Assembly: GCA_030390025.1 (NCBI GenBank)
Contig: CM059432.1
Span: 118,050,001-118,114,000, forward strand
Direction: 5' to 3'
DNA from: Squalus acanthias
Taxonomy: Eukaryota
Length of the DNA: 64,000 nt
Positions 1 to 10,814 of the stretch are shown here, piece by piece (within the stretch, counting starts at the first letter, position 1; each line of letters starts with the position of its first letter). Both the position numbers and the translations under genes were made by a program. A model generated the notes under the pieces. The model searched no databases and was not told the DNA's origin. It saw only the letters and a list, made by a program, of their open reading frames with translations.

Positions 1-625
1 AATGAAATTCCGCGGGAGGTTAGCGGCAGCGCTACCTGGTATTGCCCCGATCTTCTGCGCCCAGAGATCATGATGTCATCTCCGAGCGCAGCGCCCCAGT
101 AGCGCCTTGGGAGAAAAATTCCTCCTCGCGCCCCACAGCAGCGCCGGGCGACCAACTGCTGCAGGGGTCGCGAACAGTGAGGCTGGCTGCTCGCCGGGCG
201 CCATTTAAAGGCACGGTGGCCGGCCGACATGAAGAAAACCACCAATTTTTGAGCACCAGACGCGGGTTGAGTGCCGGGCTGATCACGTGGCACTCCCACA
301 CCCCAGTGCTCCAGCAGATGCCAAAACAAATGCAGAGCTCGCAGCGGGGAGCCTTTCCCTTTAATTGAGGGAAGAGCCCCTGCAACGTGGCAGCGCCAGG
401 TGAGGCCACATGTGGCGCTGCTGAGCACATCGCCCTGATTTGGGACATTCCCCGTCCTCTTGCGCTCCAAGAGGCATGTGGAGCGCTTGATTTAGCTCTC
501 CACTTCCCTCTTGGAGCAAAAAATGGGAATTTCTCAAATGTTTGAAAAGGTTAGCGGCTGGTGCTAACTTTTCAAACATTTTTGACTTAGCACCTCAAGT
601 GGCCCTCTAGGGGAATTTCTCCCCC
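1..625. mobile_element. Right part of a non-autonomous PIF/Harbinger-type element (left end outside the window)
   Basis: CpG-rich sequence ending in GAATTTCTCCCCC (613-625), the same terminus type as the TSD-bounded Harbinger elements in this window. Confidence 0.6.
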
Positions 626-648
626 AGAGAGTTTAGGCACAGAACCAA

Positions 649-1540
649 GGGGGAGAAATTCAGTATTGCCCCATTTGGGGCACAATTATCGGCCGGGCGC
701 AAAGATTAGCGCCTGGCGCTAATTATCGCCACCGACTGCAAACTTGACTTTTATCGCCCCTGGAGGTGATTGCAGCGCTATATCAGGCACTTCACACCTG
801 TCTTAGGCGCAAAGGCCGAGGAGCGAGGCACTACCTCAGAGCGCTGGCGAAGCTCATGTAATGTCAGTCAGCAATGGAACACAGACACAATGGCACGGGC
901 CAGTTCTTAAAGGGGATGGTTAATCTTGCTTTCCATCCACATCCTGTTCATTGCAGCCTTGAATCTCGGCCTGGAGAGACCTGCACATCAAATGTGCTGG
1001 AAAGAACAATGGAGAGTACCAGGCAAAGAGCTCAGAGTGCAGCCCCCACAGTCTCTGCTAAATCGATACAAGGAATGGCAAATCAAAATGAACCTGCAAA
1101 GTGCTGCTCAGTACCCAAAACTCCTTCACACAACGTTGAATCTCTCCAGAAGTCTCTCCCTCTCTCTCTCAGAATGCGTAGTTCAAAAATGGCACCAACA
1201 ATAAAAGGCAGGAAGCGTTCACCTTTAAATAGCGCTCCCCCTTTCCCTTCATGACTGCAGAACGCTCCCCTCAACCTGTCATTGCTAGCGTCAGGCGGTA
1301 AGGCAGGGGGCGCCACTCAATATCCGCTCCGGGGCGATACCGGGGCGTTGCACACTCGAGTGATGTCATGATCTGCCGGCGCAGGAGATCGTGGCGGTAG
1401 TGTTTAGCGCCGCCGCAAAATGTCTAGTTAATTTCGCGAGCGGCGCAAACTTCGCCGCACCTGGGCGCTCGATGCTTTGCGCCCCATTAGCGCCCTCTTA
1501 AGGCACTAACGGGAGGCGCAACCAACTGAATTTTTCCCCC
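649..1540. mobile_element. Non-autonomous PIF/Harbinger element (MITE-like)
   Basis: 16-bp TIRs GGGGGAGAAATTCAGT / ACTGAATTTTTCCCCC (1 mismatch); 3-bp TSD CAA at 646-648 and 1541-1543. Confidence 0.85.
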
Positions 1541-1950
1541 CAAGTCTCTAATTATGCACAGGGATAGTGCTGGAGTTTAACAAGCTAAAACCATGCAACT
1601 TAACAGCAAAGAGCACTGGGAAGTTTTCTGAAGCTTGCCTAGTCAGGACCACCCTGCCCTTGAGGTTAAGAAAGATTCTGACCCATTAGGATGTCATACA
1701 AAGATATAACAATTATCTACTTTGCAGGGTCTGTGCTCTGTGCAAAAGGACATCCGTCGTACATCACTGGAGCTAGGGCTTGATTATGCTCTGGGGTATC
1801 CAAGTGAAGAGATCACCTAACTTTAAGACACTTACATTGGGCGGCATTGATCCACATGGAGTTCTGTTGTTGTGTGGCATAAGATTGCTGTACATTGTAG
1901 CATCAGTTTGGTTTTTATCAGTGCAAAATATATGAAAAGAAAACCACTAA

Positions 1951-2260
1951 TTGTGGGGGAGTCCAAAGCTAGGGGCCATAAATGTACGACAGTCACGAAT
2001 AAATCCAATAAGGAATTCAGGAGAAACTTCTTTATTCAGAGACTGGTGAGAGTGTGAAACTCGCTACCACAGGGAGTGGTTGAGGCGAATAGCATAGATG
2101 CATTTAAGGGGAAGCTAGATAAACACATGAGAAAGGAATAGAAGGATATGTAGACAGGGTGAGACGAAATAGGGTGGGAGGAGGCTCGTGTGGAGCATAA
2201 ACACCAGCATAGACCAATTGGCCAAATGGCCTGTTTCTGTGCTGTAAATCCTATGCAATT
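1951..2260 (+). mobile_element. CR1 LINE 3' fragment
   Basis: Encodes GESKARGHK...FRRNFFIQR (CR1 ORF2 C-terminus), followed by a CR1-type 3' UTR. Confidence 0.85.
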
Positions 2261-2415
2261 TGGATGAGTGTAAAGTAATGCACATATATACAGGGAACAT
2301 TAAACAAATGCCCAATGAATAGTTGGCTAGTCCATTAGTAATGGTTGAAAAGGAATGAGTTTTGGAAATGATTATTAACTATGCAATGGAAATATCCAGT
2401 CAGTATAAACATATT

Positions 2416-3179
2416 GGCCCAGAAATTCGGCCGAATACGGGAGAGTACGCACTGTGTACTCACCCGTATTCGGTCCCGAAGTGCCGGTTTCCTGCATGCA
2501 CTGCGCATGCGCGGGAAACCGGCAGTTCCGATATGGCGAAGGGGGCGGTTCCTAAGTGAACTGCGTGCGCACTAGAGGCTGTGCGCACGCAGCGCACTTA
2601 GGTTTATTTTCAGGTTGGAACGCAAGGGTAAGTATTGAAGATTTTACCCATGAAAAAAGGAGGTGTAAGACCCCTTTTTAACAAGGTAAGTAGTTAATTA
2701 AGTATTATTTTAAATTTTTTTCAACAGGTTTATCTTTTTTAGAGACTTTAAAAAAAAGTAAGTTTATTTTTATAACTTTTAAAAAGAATTTAAATTTTTT
2801 CAAAAATTTAAATTTTTGTTTAAAATGGTTAATTTATTTAACTATAGTTATTTTATTAATGTGATGGTTTTTAAAAAAAAATATTTGAGGTTTAGCTGTT
2901 CTTTTGGGGGCATGTTGTATTCATAGATTTGACAGTTCTCCTGTCAAATCTATGAATGAAAGATGGTGTGCTGCCATTGGCTCTCCATGGCCCACGTGAT
3001 CGCAGAGGTCGCATCGCACTAACTGCGCCTCTGGGACACGCACACACTGCGCGCCAGCACCAGGGAGAGGCCCAGGACCCGAAGTTCATGTGGGCCCGAA
3101 ACACAATGGCCGGCGCGGAGTGTGATATCGCGCAAGATCCTTACCCCCGCGGCCAGCCTCCGAGTCAAATTTCTGGGCC
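2416..3179. mobile_element. Harbinger-type MITE with AT-rich core
   Basis: TIRs GGCCCAGAAATT / AATTTCTGGGCC; flanks ATT/AAT (imperfect TSD); interior resembles 13437-14120. Confidence 0.8.
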
Positions 3180-3336
3180 AATAGAAATTACTGTTGCTGA
3201 TGACCACAGATGAACACATATTCATGTGTATGACAGTCCTTAGCTCATTATTTAATGCAGGCAATACCCATATATTTTAAATAAGATAAATTCTTTGGTA
3301 AAACAGTGGATAGAGGAAAATCATATGATCATATTG

Positions 3337-5290
3337 TGGCTGCGAAATTCGACATCTTAGCGCCAGCAGCTAAGGCTGGTTTGCAGAAAAAATTGGCGGC
3401 TGCCTCACTTCCGGCCCCTTCCGGTGCAACCCATGCTGATTGCCATCTTGGTGAGGACAATCGCGTGGGCAGGACGTGTGTGTGCCGGCAGTATGCAGAG
3501 TAGGCAGATTGTGGTGTCAGTCAGCGTGCAATGGTGATTTGACGCACAACCTACCATTTTGGTTGTCGCCATTCCAATCAGCGCCCTCCCCTAAACATGC
3601 ACAGCTGAAAGGGTGTTCAGCTGCACGAGGGACCCCCCACCAGCGCTACTTAAAGGGATACATCCAACTTGCAGGTAGTTTGATTACTTCACTTGTACTG
3701 GGTCTTGCAGAGTTTATATGAATACTGGCTTGCAGGAAGACATTTATAAAGTTGTTAAAGTGTGCAAGGACTGATACTGGATGTTGGGAAGACGTTGGCA
3801 GCTAATGGAAGGCTTCTAAGTACACCACTTGCTCCCAGTCGTGGGGGCTCTACTTGCAGCCCCCTCGTGCTGCTGCATGACAGGGAGATGGAGCAAAGGC
3901 AGCAAAGACAAGCTGCTCGAAGAGGGAGGAGGGGGAGGAAGGCTTTCAGCAGGAGGCCTTACCCACCTCGGGTCTTCAGGGAGCACTTCTCCTACCGGCA
4001 CCTAAGCCAGGAGCAGTGTATTCGGAGGTTCCACTTTACCAAGGAGGTGGTCACAGAACTCTGTCATCTCTTGCAGCCAGTCCTGCAGCCTCAGAGCAGG
4101 GCGACGATGGCGCTGCCACTGGCCATCAAGGTGATCGAGGCCCTGAATTTTTTCGCCACTGGAACCTTCTAGGCTGGAGCAGGTGACATAGCAAACATCT
4201 CACAATTCGCCATCCATCGTTGGATCCTGGAGGTCACAGAGACTCTGTATTCAGGAGAAGGGATTTCATTGTATTCTCCCTAAACAGAAAAAAGCAGGGG
4301 AAGCACGTACATTGCTTTGCCAAGATATCGGGCTTTCTTACGGTGCAAGGCGCCATCGACTGCACACACGTGGCTTTGCAGGCACCACATATCAAATCTG
4401 AGATGTACCACAACCACAAAGGCTGCCATTCACTTAATGTGCAGTTGGTGTGCGACCACGCCCAGCACATCATGATGGTGAATGCCCGCTATCCTGGCAG
4501 CAGTCATGATGCCTTCACCTTGCACCAGTCCACTGTGCCAACAATCTTCCAGCCACCACATCCAACCCAAGGGTGGCAGCTCAGAGACAAGGGCTATCCG
4601 CTCTACACCTGGCTGATGACTCCCCTCCACAACCCCAACACTCGTATCCAGCACTCATATAATGACAGACATGGAACCTCATCAAGCAGACCATTGGGGT
4701 GCTCAAGCAATGGTTCCACTGCCTTGACCGCTCGGGTGGAGCTCTCCAGTACTCGCTGGAGTGGGTTTCCCAATTCGTAGTTGTCTGCTGCATCCTCCAC
4801 AACTTGGCCATCACGAGGGTGCAGCCCTTGCCACCACGGGTTCTGCGACCACCTCAGGAGGAGGAGAAGGAGCAGGAGGGAGAGGAAGAAGAGGAGAAAG
4901 AAGAAGGGAGGAGGCAGCCTGCAAATCCCCGTTCCAGACAGGCTGTCTGTGAGCGCATTATCAGACTCCGGTTGCCCTGAATGAAACCCCAGATCCCCGT
5001 TGCTCATCACTTTCCCACCTTACCATTTCTCCACATCACAGCATCCTCTTGGCCTCAATGCTGAAATGAAAGCCACCACAAAACAAACTTTCCAAACACA
5101 ATGATTAATTCCAATGTTACATTACAAAGTCAACCAATCACCCTTGTGCATTCCCTTAGTGTCTGTCTTGCATGTGCCTTTGTCTTTTCTAGTGCTCCTA
5201 CGAAGTGCTACCCCAGTGGCTGCAGCGTAGCTGGTGGAACGTTACTGACCTTCAATTGAGGAGACTGCAGATGGCATTGCAGAACGACAT
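3337..5290 (+). mobile_element. Truncated autonomous-type Harbinger transposon (left end, transposase, 3' tip of the convergent Myb-like gene)
   Basis: Terminus GGCTGCGAAATTC, then the transposase pseudogene. Near 5137-5165 the minus strand reads ...GMHKGD, matching the C-terminus of the Myb-like gene at 27910. Confidence 0.8.
3841..4984 (+). pseudogene. Harbinger DDE transposase (HARBI1-like), disrupted
   Basis: Motifs EQCIRRFHFTKEVVTELCHLL, ALNFFATGTF, VQGAIDCTHV, HSLNVQLVCD, YPGSSHDAF, DKGYPL, CCILHN; in-frame stop at 4170 and frameshifts. Confidence 0.92.
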
Positions 5291-5291
5291 T

Positions 5292-6209
5292 GAGAGAAAA
5301 GAGACCCAGCCTGTTCATCTTTTCCTGATAGATATAACCTCGTATTTCTGGTATCATCCTTGTAAATCTTTTTTGCACCCCCCTCCAGTGCCTCTATATC
5401 TTTTTTATAATATGGCGACCAGAACTGCACACAGTACTGCAAGTGTGGTCTAACCAGGGTTCGATACAAGTTTTGCATAACTTCTCTACTTTTCAATTCT
5501 ATCCCTCTCGAAATAAATGCCAGTGCTTGTTTTTTTTTTATGGCCTTATTAACCTGCATCGCTACTTCTAGTGATTTGTGTATTTGTACTCCGAGATCCC
5601 TTTGCTCTTCTACGCCATTTAGATTCTTATTTTCCAAGGAGTAAGTGGCCTCCTTATTCCTCCTACCAAAATGCATCACCACACACTTATATATATATAT
5701 ATATATATATTAAAATTCATTTGCCATTTACACACCCATTCTGCAAGTTTATTAGCATCTTCTTGTATTTAGTCGCAGTCTTTCTCAGTTTTAATTGTAC
5801 CCCCCAATTTGGTGTCATCTGCAAATTTTGAAATTGTACTTCCAATTTCCGAGTCCAAATTGTTTAATTAAATGGTGAACAACAGTGGTCCCAGCATCGA
5901 TCCCTGTGGAACACCACTTCCCACCTTCTGCCAGTCTGAGTACATACCTTTAACCCCTACTCGCTGTTTACGGTTTTGTAGCCAGCTTGCTATCCATTCT
6001 GCTACTTGTCCCCTGATTCTGCATGCTCTAACCTTAGTAATGAGTCTACCTTATCAAAGGACTGTTGAAAATCCAAATATATTACATCTACTACATTACC
6101 CTTGTTTACTCTCTGTTACTTCTTCAAAGAATTCAACAAGTTTGATCAAGCATGACTTTTCCTTTTAAAATCTGTGCTGACTATTGTTTATTATATTTTC
6201 AGTTTCTAG
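5292..6209 (-). mobile_element. CR1 RT fragment, interrupted by (TA)n at about 5688-5711 and split by the Harbinger insertion at 6210; resumes at 7770-7850
   Basis: HFGRRNK...QRDLGVQIH...LVRPHLQYCVQFWSPY and VPQGS-type motifs; the continuation AGKIMESLL lies beyond 7770. Confidence 0.85.
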
Positions 6210-7769
6210 GGGCTCGATTTTAATAGCCCTGAGGAGGCGGGTTTGGAGGCGGGTTGTCAGCGAAAATCGGAAAAAATGGCTTCAGACTGCCAACTCGCCT
6301 CCATCCTGCCCCCATGCGATTTTCCTGAGTGTCAGGTCAGCCGCCCCCAAACTGACCCGACTGGAACCGATGGGACAGGTAGTTAAGGCAGTTAACAACC
6401 TGTTAACTGCCTTGCTAATCCTATTTTTATAGTGGTTTCCCATTTTCGTGCTTTTGGCTCATGTTACCCGTCTTGTCAGAAACAGGCCCGCTGCAAGGAA
6501 ACGAGTTGCTGGAGGACATGATTTGGAGTCATTGGTGGAGCACTTTAAAAGCGCTCCTGTAACATGGATGACATTCAAATACAACAACTTTGTTGGTGGA
6601 GGTCTGGGATAAGATTTTGCAAATCTACTAACCTTGACTGTTCAAGCTGACAGCTATCTGCAGTGTGACCTGATTGGAATAATTTCAGGCCACTTCGACT
6701 GTGTGCTTGCAAACTTCTTGCCTGAAATGAAATCTATAGCAATGGGATGGGAACCATTTATATCATCTCATCCTGGTCGTCAGATTCGGAAGAAGAGCAG
6801 CCGCAGCAGCACCACAACCAGTCACAACAGCAGAACCAGCACCAGGAGCGCCAACCTCCTCCTCATCCACCTGATGATGCACAGGGCGGAGGGCCTCAGC
6901 GCAGGGCTGCACCTCGCTGCAGGAGATAACCCCAACACAGGGTTTACAGGCAGAGGATCAGCTTCCTCAGCATAACTGAGCAGCAGTGCCAAAGGAGGCT
7001 GAGACTTTCGAGAGACGTAGTCGTGGACATCTGCGCAATGCTGCACCAACACCTGGAGTCCAGAGGAGCGTGTGGACACTCCTTAGCAGTTGCTGTCAAA
7101 GTCACCACCGCACTCAACTTCTTTGCTTTGGGCTCCGTCCAAGCATCATCTGTCCAATAAACGGTGGTTTGCGCTCAGTGTCACCACCAACATTCTAAAT
7201 GGAATTCTCCCTGATCCCTCACTCTTGAACTTCCATTTCCCAGAACACAGAGGCCACACTTTAGATGATCTCAGCAGATCATTAAACTTTTTTCCACACT
7301 GAACCCATGTGCGTCTGCACACAAACCTCGAGCTCACCTCCTCAGCAATTTGCAGCCAAGCTGCCTTGGTTTGCTGAGGAGGCCTCCTCCTTCCGTTTCC
7401 AGGGAAGAGGAGCTCCTGATGTCCTCTAACTCCCTCCACAAGAGCATGGAGGGAGCCCTCATTGAACCTGGGTGCAACCTTAGTTTTTGGCGCTGCCATT
7501 CCTGCAGCAGCCAGCACTTTTAACAGAAAATAGCTAATGCTTCTGCAAAGGCGACGTGGCCCCTTTAAATCTTTACTGAAACAACGCGTCATCAGAGGCG
7601 AGAATCTGACACTCTGCAAGCAATTGCCTGGAGGGACCCGCACGTCAGTCGTAACGAGGCCAATCAACCTAAAAGCTGATCTGCCGGGCGGCAGCAACCG
7701 GGAGCGGGTCTGGAAGACACCGAGCAGTGGGCCCGCTGTCAATCCGCCTTCTTCATTAAAATCGAGTCC
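6210..7769. mobile_element. Internally deleted Harbinger element retaining the 5' parts of the transposase (+, about 6740-7145) and the Myb-like gene (-, about 7260-7500)
   Basis: TIRs GGGCTCGATTTTAAT / ATTAAAATCGAGTCC; TSD TAG (6207-6209, 7770-7772). The minus strand encodes APRFNEGSLHALVEGV...AWLQIAEEV...RTWVQCGKKFNDL. Confidence 0.9.
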
Positions 7770-8059
7770 TAGATGTTTTTCTGTTACACCTTTGAGTAAA
7801 GATTCCATTATCTTTCCTGCCACCTACATTAAGCTAACTGGTCTATAGTTCTCTGGACCACCACATTTTGCTCCCTGGCAGACATGGGTTCCATCTGTAT
7901 GGCGGAGATCTCCTTGGGAGTCCGCCCTGCACCTTTAATGTGCCCCGACCCAAGATAATAACTTGTCATCACAGAGGGGTTGGACAACAAATGGAAATCC
8001 TTCCCTGACTCACCTCTGGCATCGAAGCTACCTGAGTGGGAAATCCAGCCCATTGTGTC

Positions 8060-8450
8060 TCGGGGCCCAGGTGGCCACATCGCTACCATCAATAACCCCC
8101 TGCACTTTGGGGAATTAAGCAATGAGATGAAATCCAGCAGTTCTCTCATGCTGTTGTTCTTGTTGAGCGAAAATAATAATGCTCACACTGGCTTTGCTAA
8201 ACAGTACATCATTGACCTTTCTGATGAATCGGTGTACTGAAATTAGCTTATATTGCAGATGTATCATGTGGTGCTCTGGAAGGAGTTGGAGATAGAAAAG
8301 AACTGCCCTTGTTGTCAAGGTTATCTGCAGGATGGCATAGCTCTGTAAGTGCCTTCCTGCTGAATTACAAAGGCAGTTCTCCTCCCACATTGTCAGTTAG
8401 TTATGTCTGAGCTTGTAGATGGGATACATTACTAATGATAGATGTGAAGA
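8060..8450 (-). pseudogene. Highly decayed Harbinger transposase fragment
   Basis: Minus strand gives ELCH..., VHRFIRKVNDVLFSKA...QQHERTAGFHLIA*FPKVQG and then IDGSDV, homologous to the GFPxVQGAIDCTHV region. Confidence 0.65.
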
Positions 8451-10814
8451 GCACACCTCTGGCGCAATCTCTGGTATCCTTTTTTGGGTCTTCTTCCAAC
8501 AAAGTTAGTAAGAGTGGTGCACTGAATCAATCCCTATGGCTTTAAATTTCTTCAAGTGTTCTGCTGAACTTTATCTCTAACTCTGGAGGGAGTCCAGTGG
8601 AACCAACTGAAAAAAAGCAGCAACCCAGTTATGCTGACATTACTCCGGGAGTTTCTGGTCGCCCTTGTCAGGGGAAGAACCTTTGCCTGCCCTTTACAAG
8701 GCCAATGAAGCCAAGAGGGTCAGAGTTGGGCACTGGGACTCCCTAGGCTGGGAGTTCCTGCTTCTCTGGGCTAGAAGGAATCCACCATAACAGTGGAGGC
8801 TGATACACTAAGAGAGATGAGGCTCCAGACCTTCAGACGAGTACAAGTGAGCCCCATCAGGGAGGAGGGAATCAGGCTAGGGAAGTGGTAATAAAACATG
8901 GGTCTTGGATTTCAGGATCATCAGTCAGTTCACTGTTTGTAGATGTATCGGGCAGGCCATGCCTGCTTTACTGGAAAGAGCAGGTATCTGTATCTGCTTC
9001 TCTAAAACCCAGCAACACCACCAAGAGCAACGACAACAACACATGCCATTGCTTGCTGGAGTCCTGGGTGTGACTGAACACACCTGACATATGCAGAGCT
9101 GCATATACCTCCCCTGAATTAGGCTATTTATTACAATTAAAAAGGGTACTAAACAGTGAATAAGTTGTCACTAGAAATCCCACTGTGCGTGCTGAATAGG
9201 TGCATGCTACAACCTCTCATCCTCTCACTACCTTTTCAGTGCAAGGGTTTTGAAAATATTTGGAATTGACTGGGGAATTTGGTATCCACTGGATTTAATG
9301 GTTTTGATAGACTGTAATGTTAAGGTTGAAAGTAAATGCAGTATTTTTAAGCAGTAAGGTTTGTAAAATATTTGAATTAAGTATTTGGTAGAGCACAGAT
9401 CAATTCTCACCAAAGGCTGAATGCCTCTCTCATAGACTGGACGGCTATTGTGTCCAATGGCACCTGAAAGCAGGTAATTAAAGTCAAAAGGGAATCACTG
9501 AAAAGGGGTAATGACCCTGTCTCTCTCTATTTTTTCAAAAGTAAGTCAGATGAGTCCACGTGCTCCCGTTACTATGGTGATGGAGCTGTTGAAAAGCTAT
9601 CACTTGGGAAACAGAAATAATTGGAATGACTTTTCTAGTAGCTTTTGACCAGTCGATGAGACAAAGGGATGATGTCTTCTGTTCTATGTCACACCTTCTG
9701 GGAGGAATAACATGTGCTATAATTTGGCATACATTTCAAAATGCTTTGTCTCTCTCCTTTGCTTCAGCTGTAGGTAGGTAGGCATGTGTTCTCTGGCTTC
9801 AGTCCTGCCACAGGGAGTAGCTGTGATCGTTGGCTATGTATAAGCAACTATAAATAGGATTTCAATGTAATCCATTGCATATGATTGTGACAAAAATAAG
9901 GAAATTCTGCCTTTAACTTTATTTAGTTTCAGGAAGCTAGGGTCTAAAATGGAGGCTGTTTTTTTCACAAAGCACAAAATGGCGAATCAACAACAATCCA
10001 TCTGCATGAACCAGGCAGGGCTGCTGTCCTCAAGTTATTTTATAAATAAAGTTCCTTTTGATGGTGGGCAGCAGGTTTAAAATGTTAATGATTACAGCTT
10101 CTTGTCAAATGGATATGTGAGCCGAGGAATTCCTGGTGCAGCTCTGCACCACCAGAAGTGCAGTGAGGTGGGACTGTCCTGCCAGTCTGTCCTGGTGCAT
10201 ATATACTCAATGGTGGACTGTTCCTCCGTGATTTCACTCGAGTAGGAGCTGATGGCATTTATCGGTGTGTCGAACTCTCCTTTACTAAGTCCATCACTTT
10301 CTATGGCGTTGAGCAAGGAAGCAAATTATTCCCCCGTGCAATCCTGCTGTTGTACCAGTTCCTGTATCAAAGCAGGCCGACTGAGGCCCAAATCCCTTTA
10401 CAATGCAGCATGGGCACTCAACATGTGGACCTCCAACCTGCATCAGTTGGCTACTCATCAGCCACCACTGTTAGCCTTCATTACCAATGCTCAGTACCTC
10501 ACCCTGCTCTCCAAACTTAGAATCACTGTGATCTTCTTCTGCAGTTTCTGTATCTGATGCTCTGCTGAGTGGTGGTCTTTGTTTCTAGCTGCAAGGTGAC
10601 TGTGTGTTCAATGTTCTACAAAGACTACAGGTTCTATATTATGAGTCAATAAACACTATTCTCTACATGCATACTCTCATTTATGTACTGTGCATGGGTA
10701 TATTCATGTAACATAATGTCCAGATCACAGACTACCTGAATGACATGGTACAAATCACAAGTTCTCCATGATTCTCCAAACACCACAGACCCCATAGGGC
10801 CGATCTTAAAAAAA

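Noticed and set aside
1..1540. CpG island or host promoter
   Set aside because: The CpG richness lies within Harbinger-type elements (649-1540 is bounded by TIRs and a TSD).
7146..7823. 225-aa ORF as a novel RT-Myb fusion protein
   Set aside because: It is a chance read-through from a CR1 fragment across the Harbinger TIR into Myb exon 1.
8259..8344. Apparent plus-strand host exon (TTGCAG|...|GTAAGT)
   Set aside because: The opposite strand is a decayed Harbinger transposase, and I found no partner exons.
10092..10600. Minus-strand ORF ending ...IPRLTYPFDKKL as a host gene or hAT dimerization domain
   Set aside because: There is no convincing motif. The upstream sequence looks more like a very decayed Harbinger Myb-like exon, so it is too ambiguous to call.
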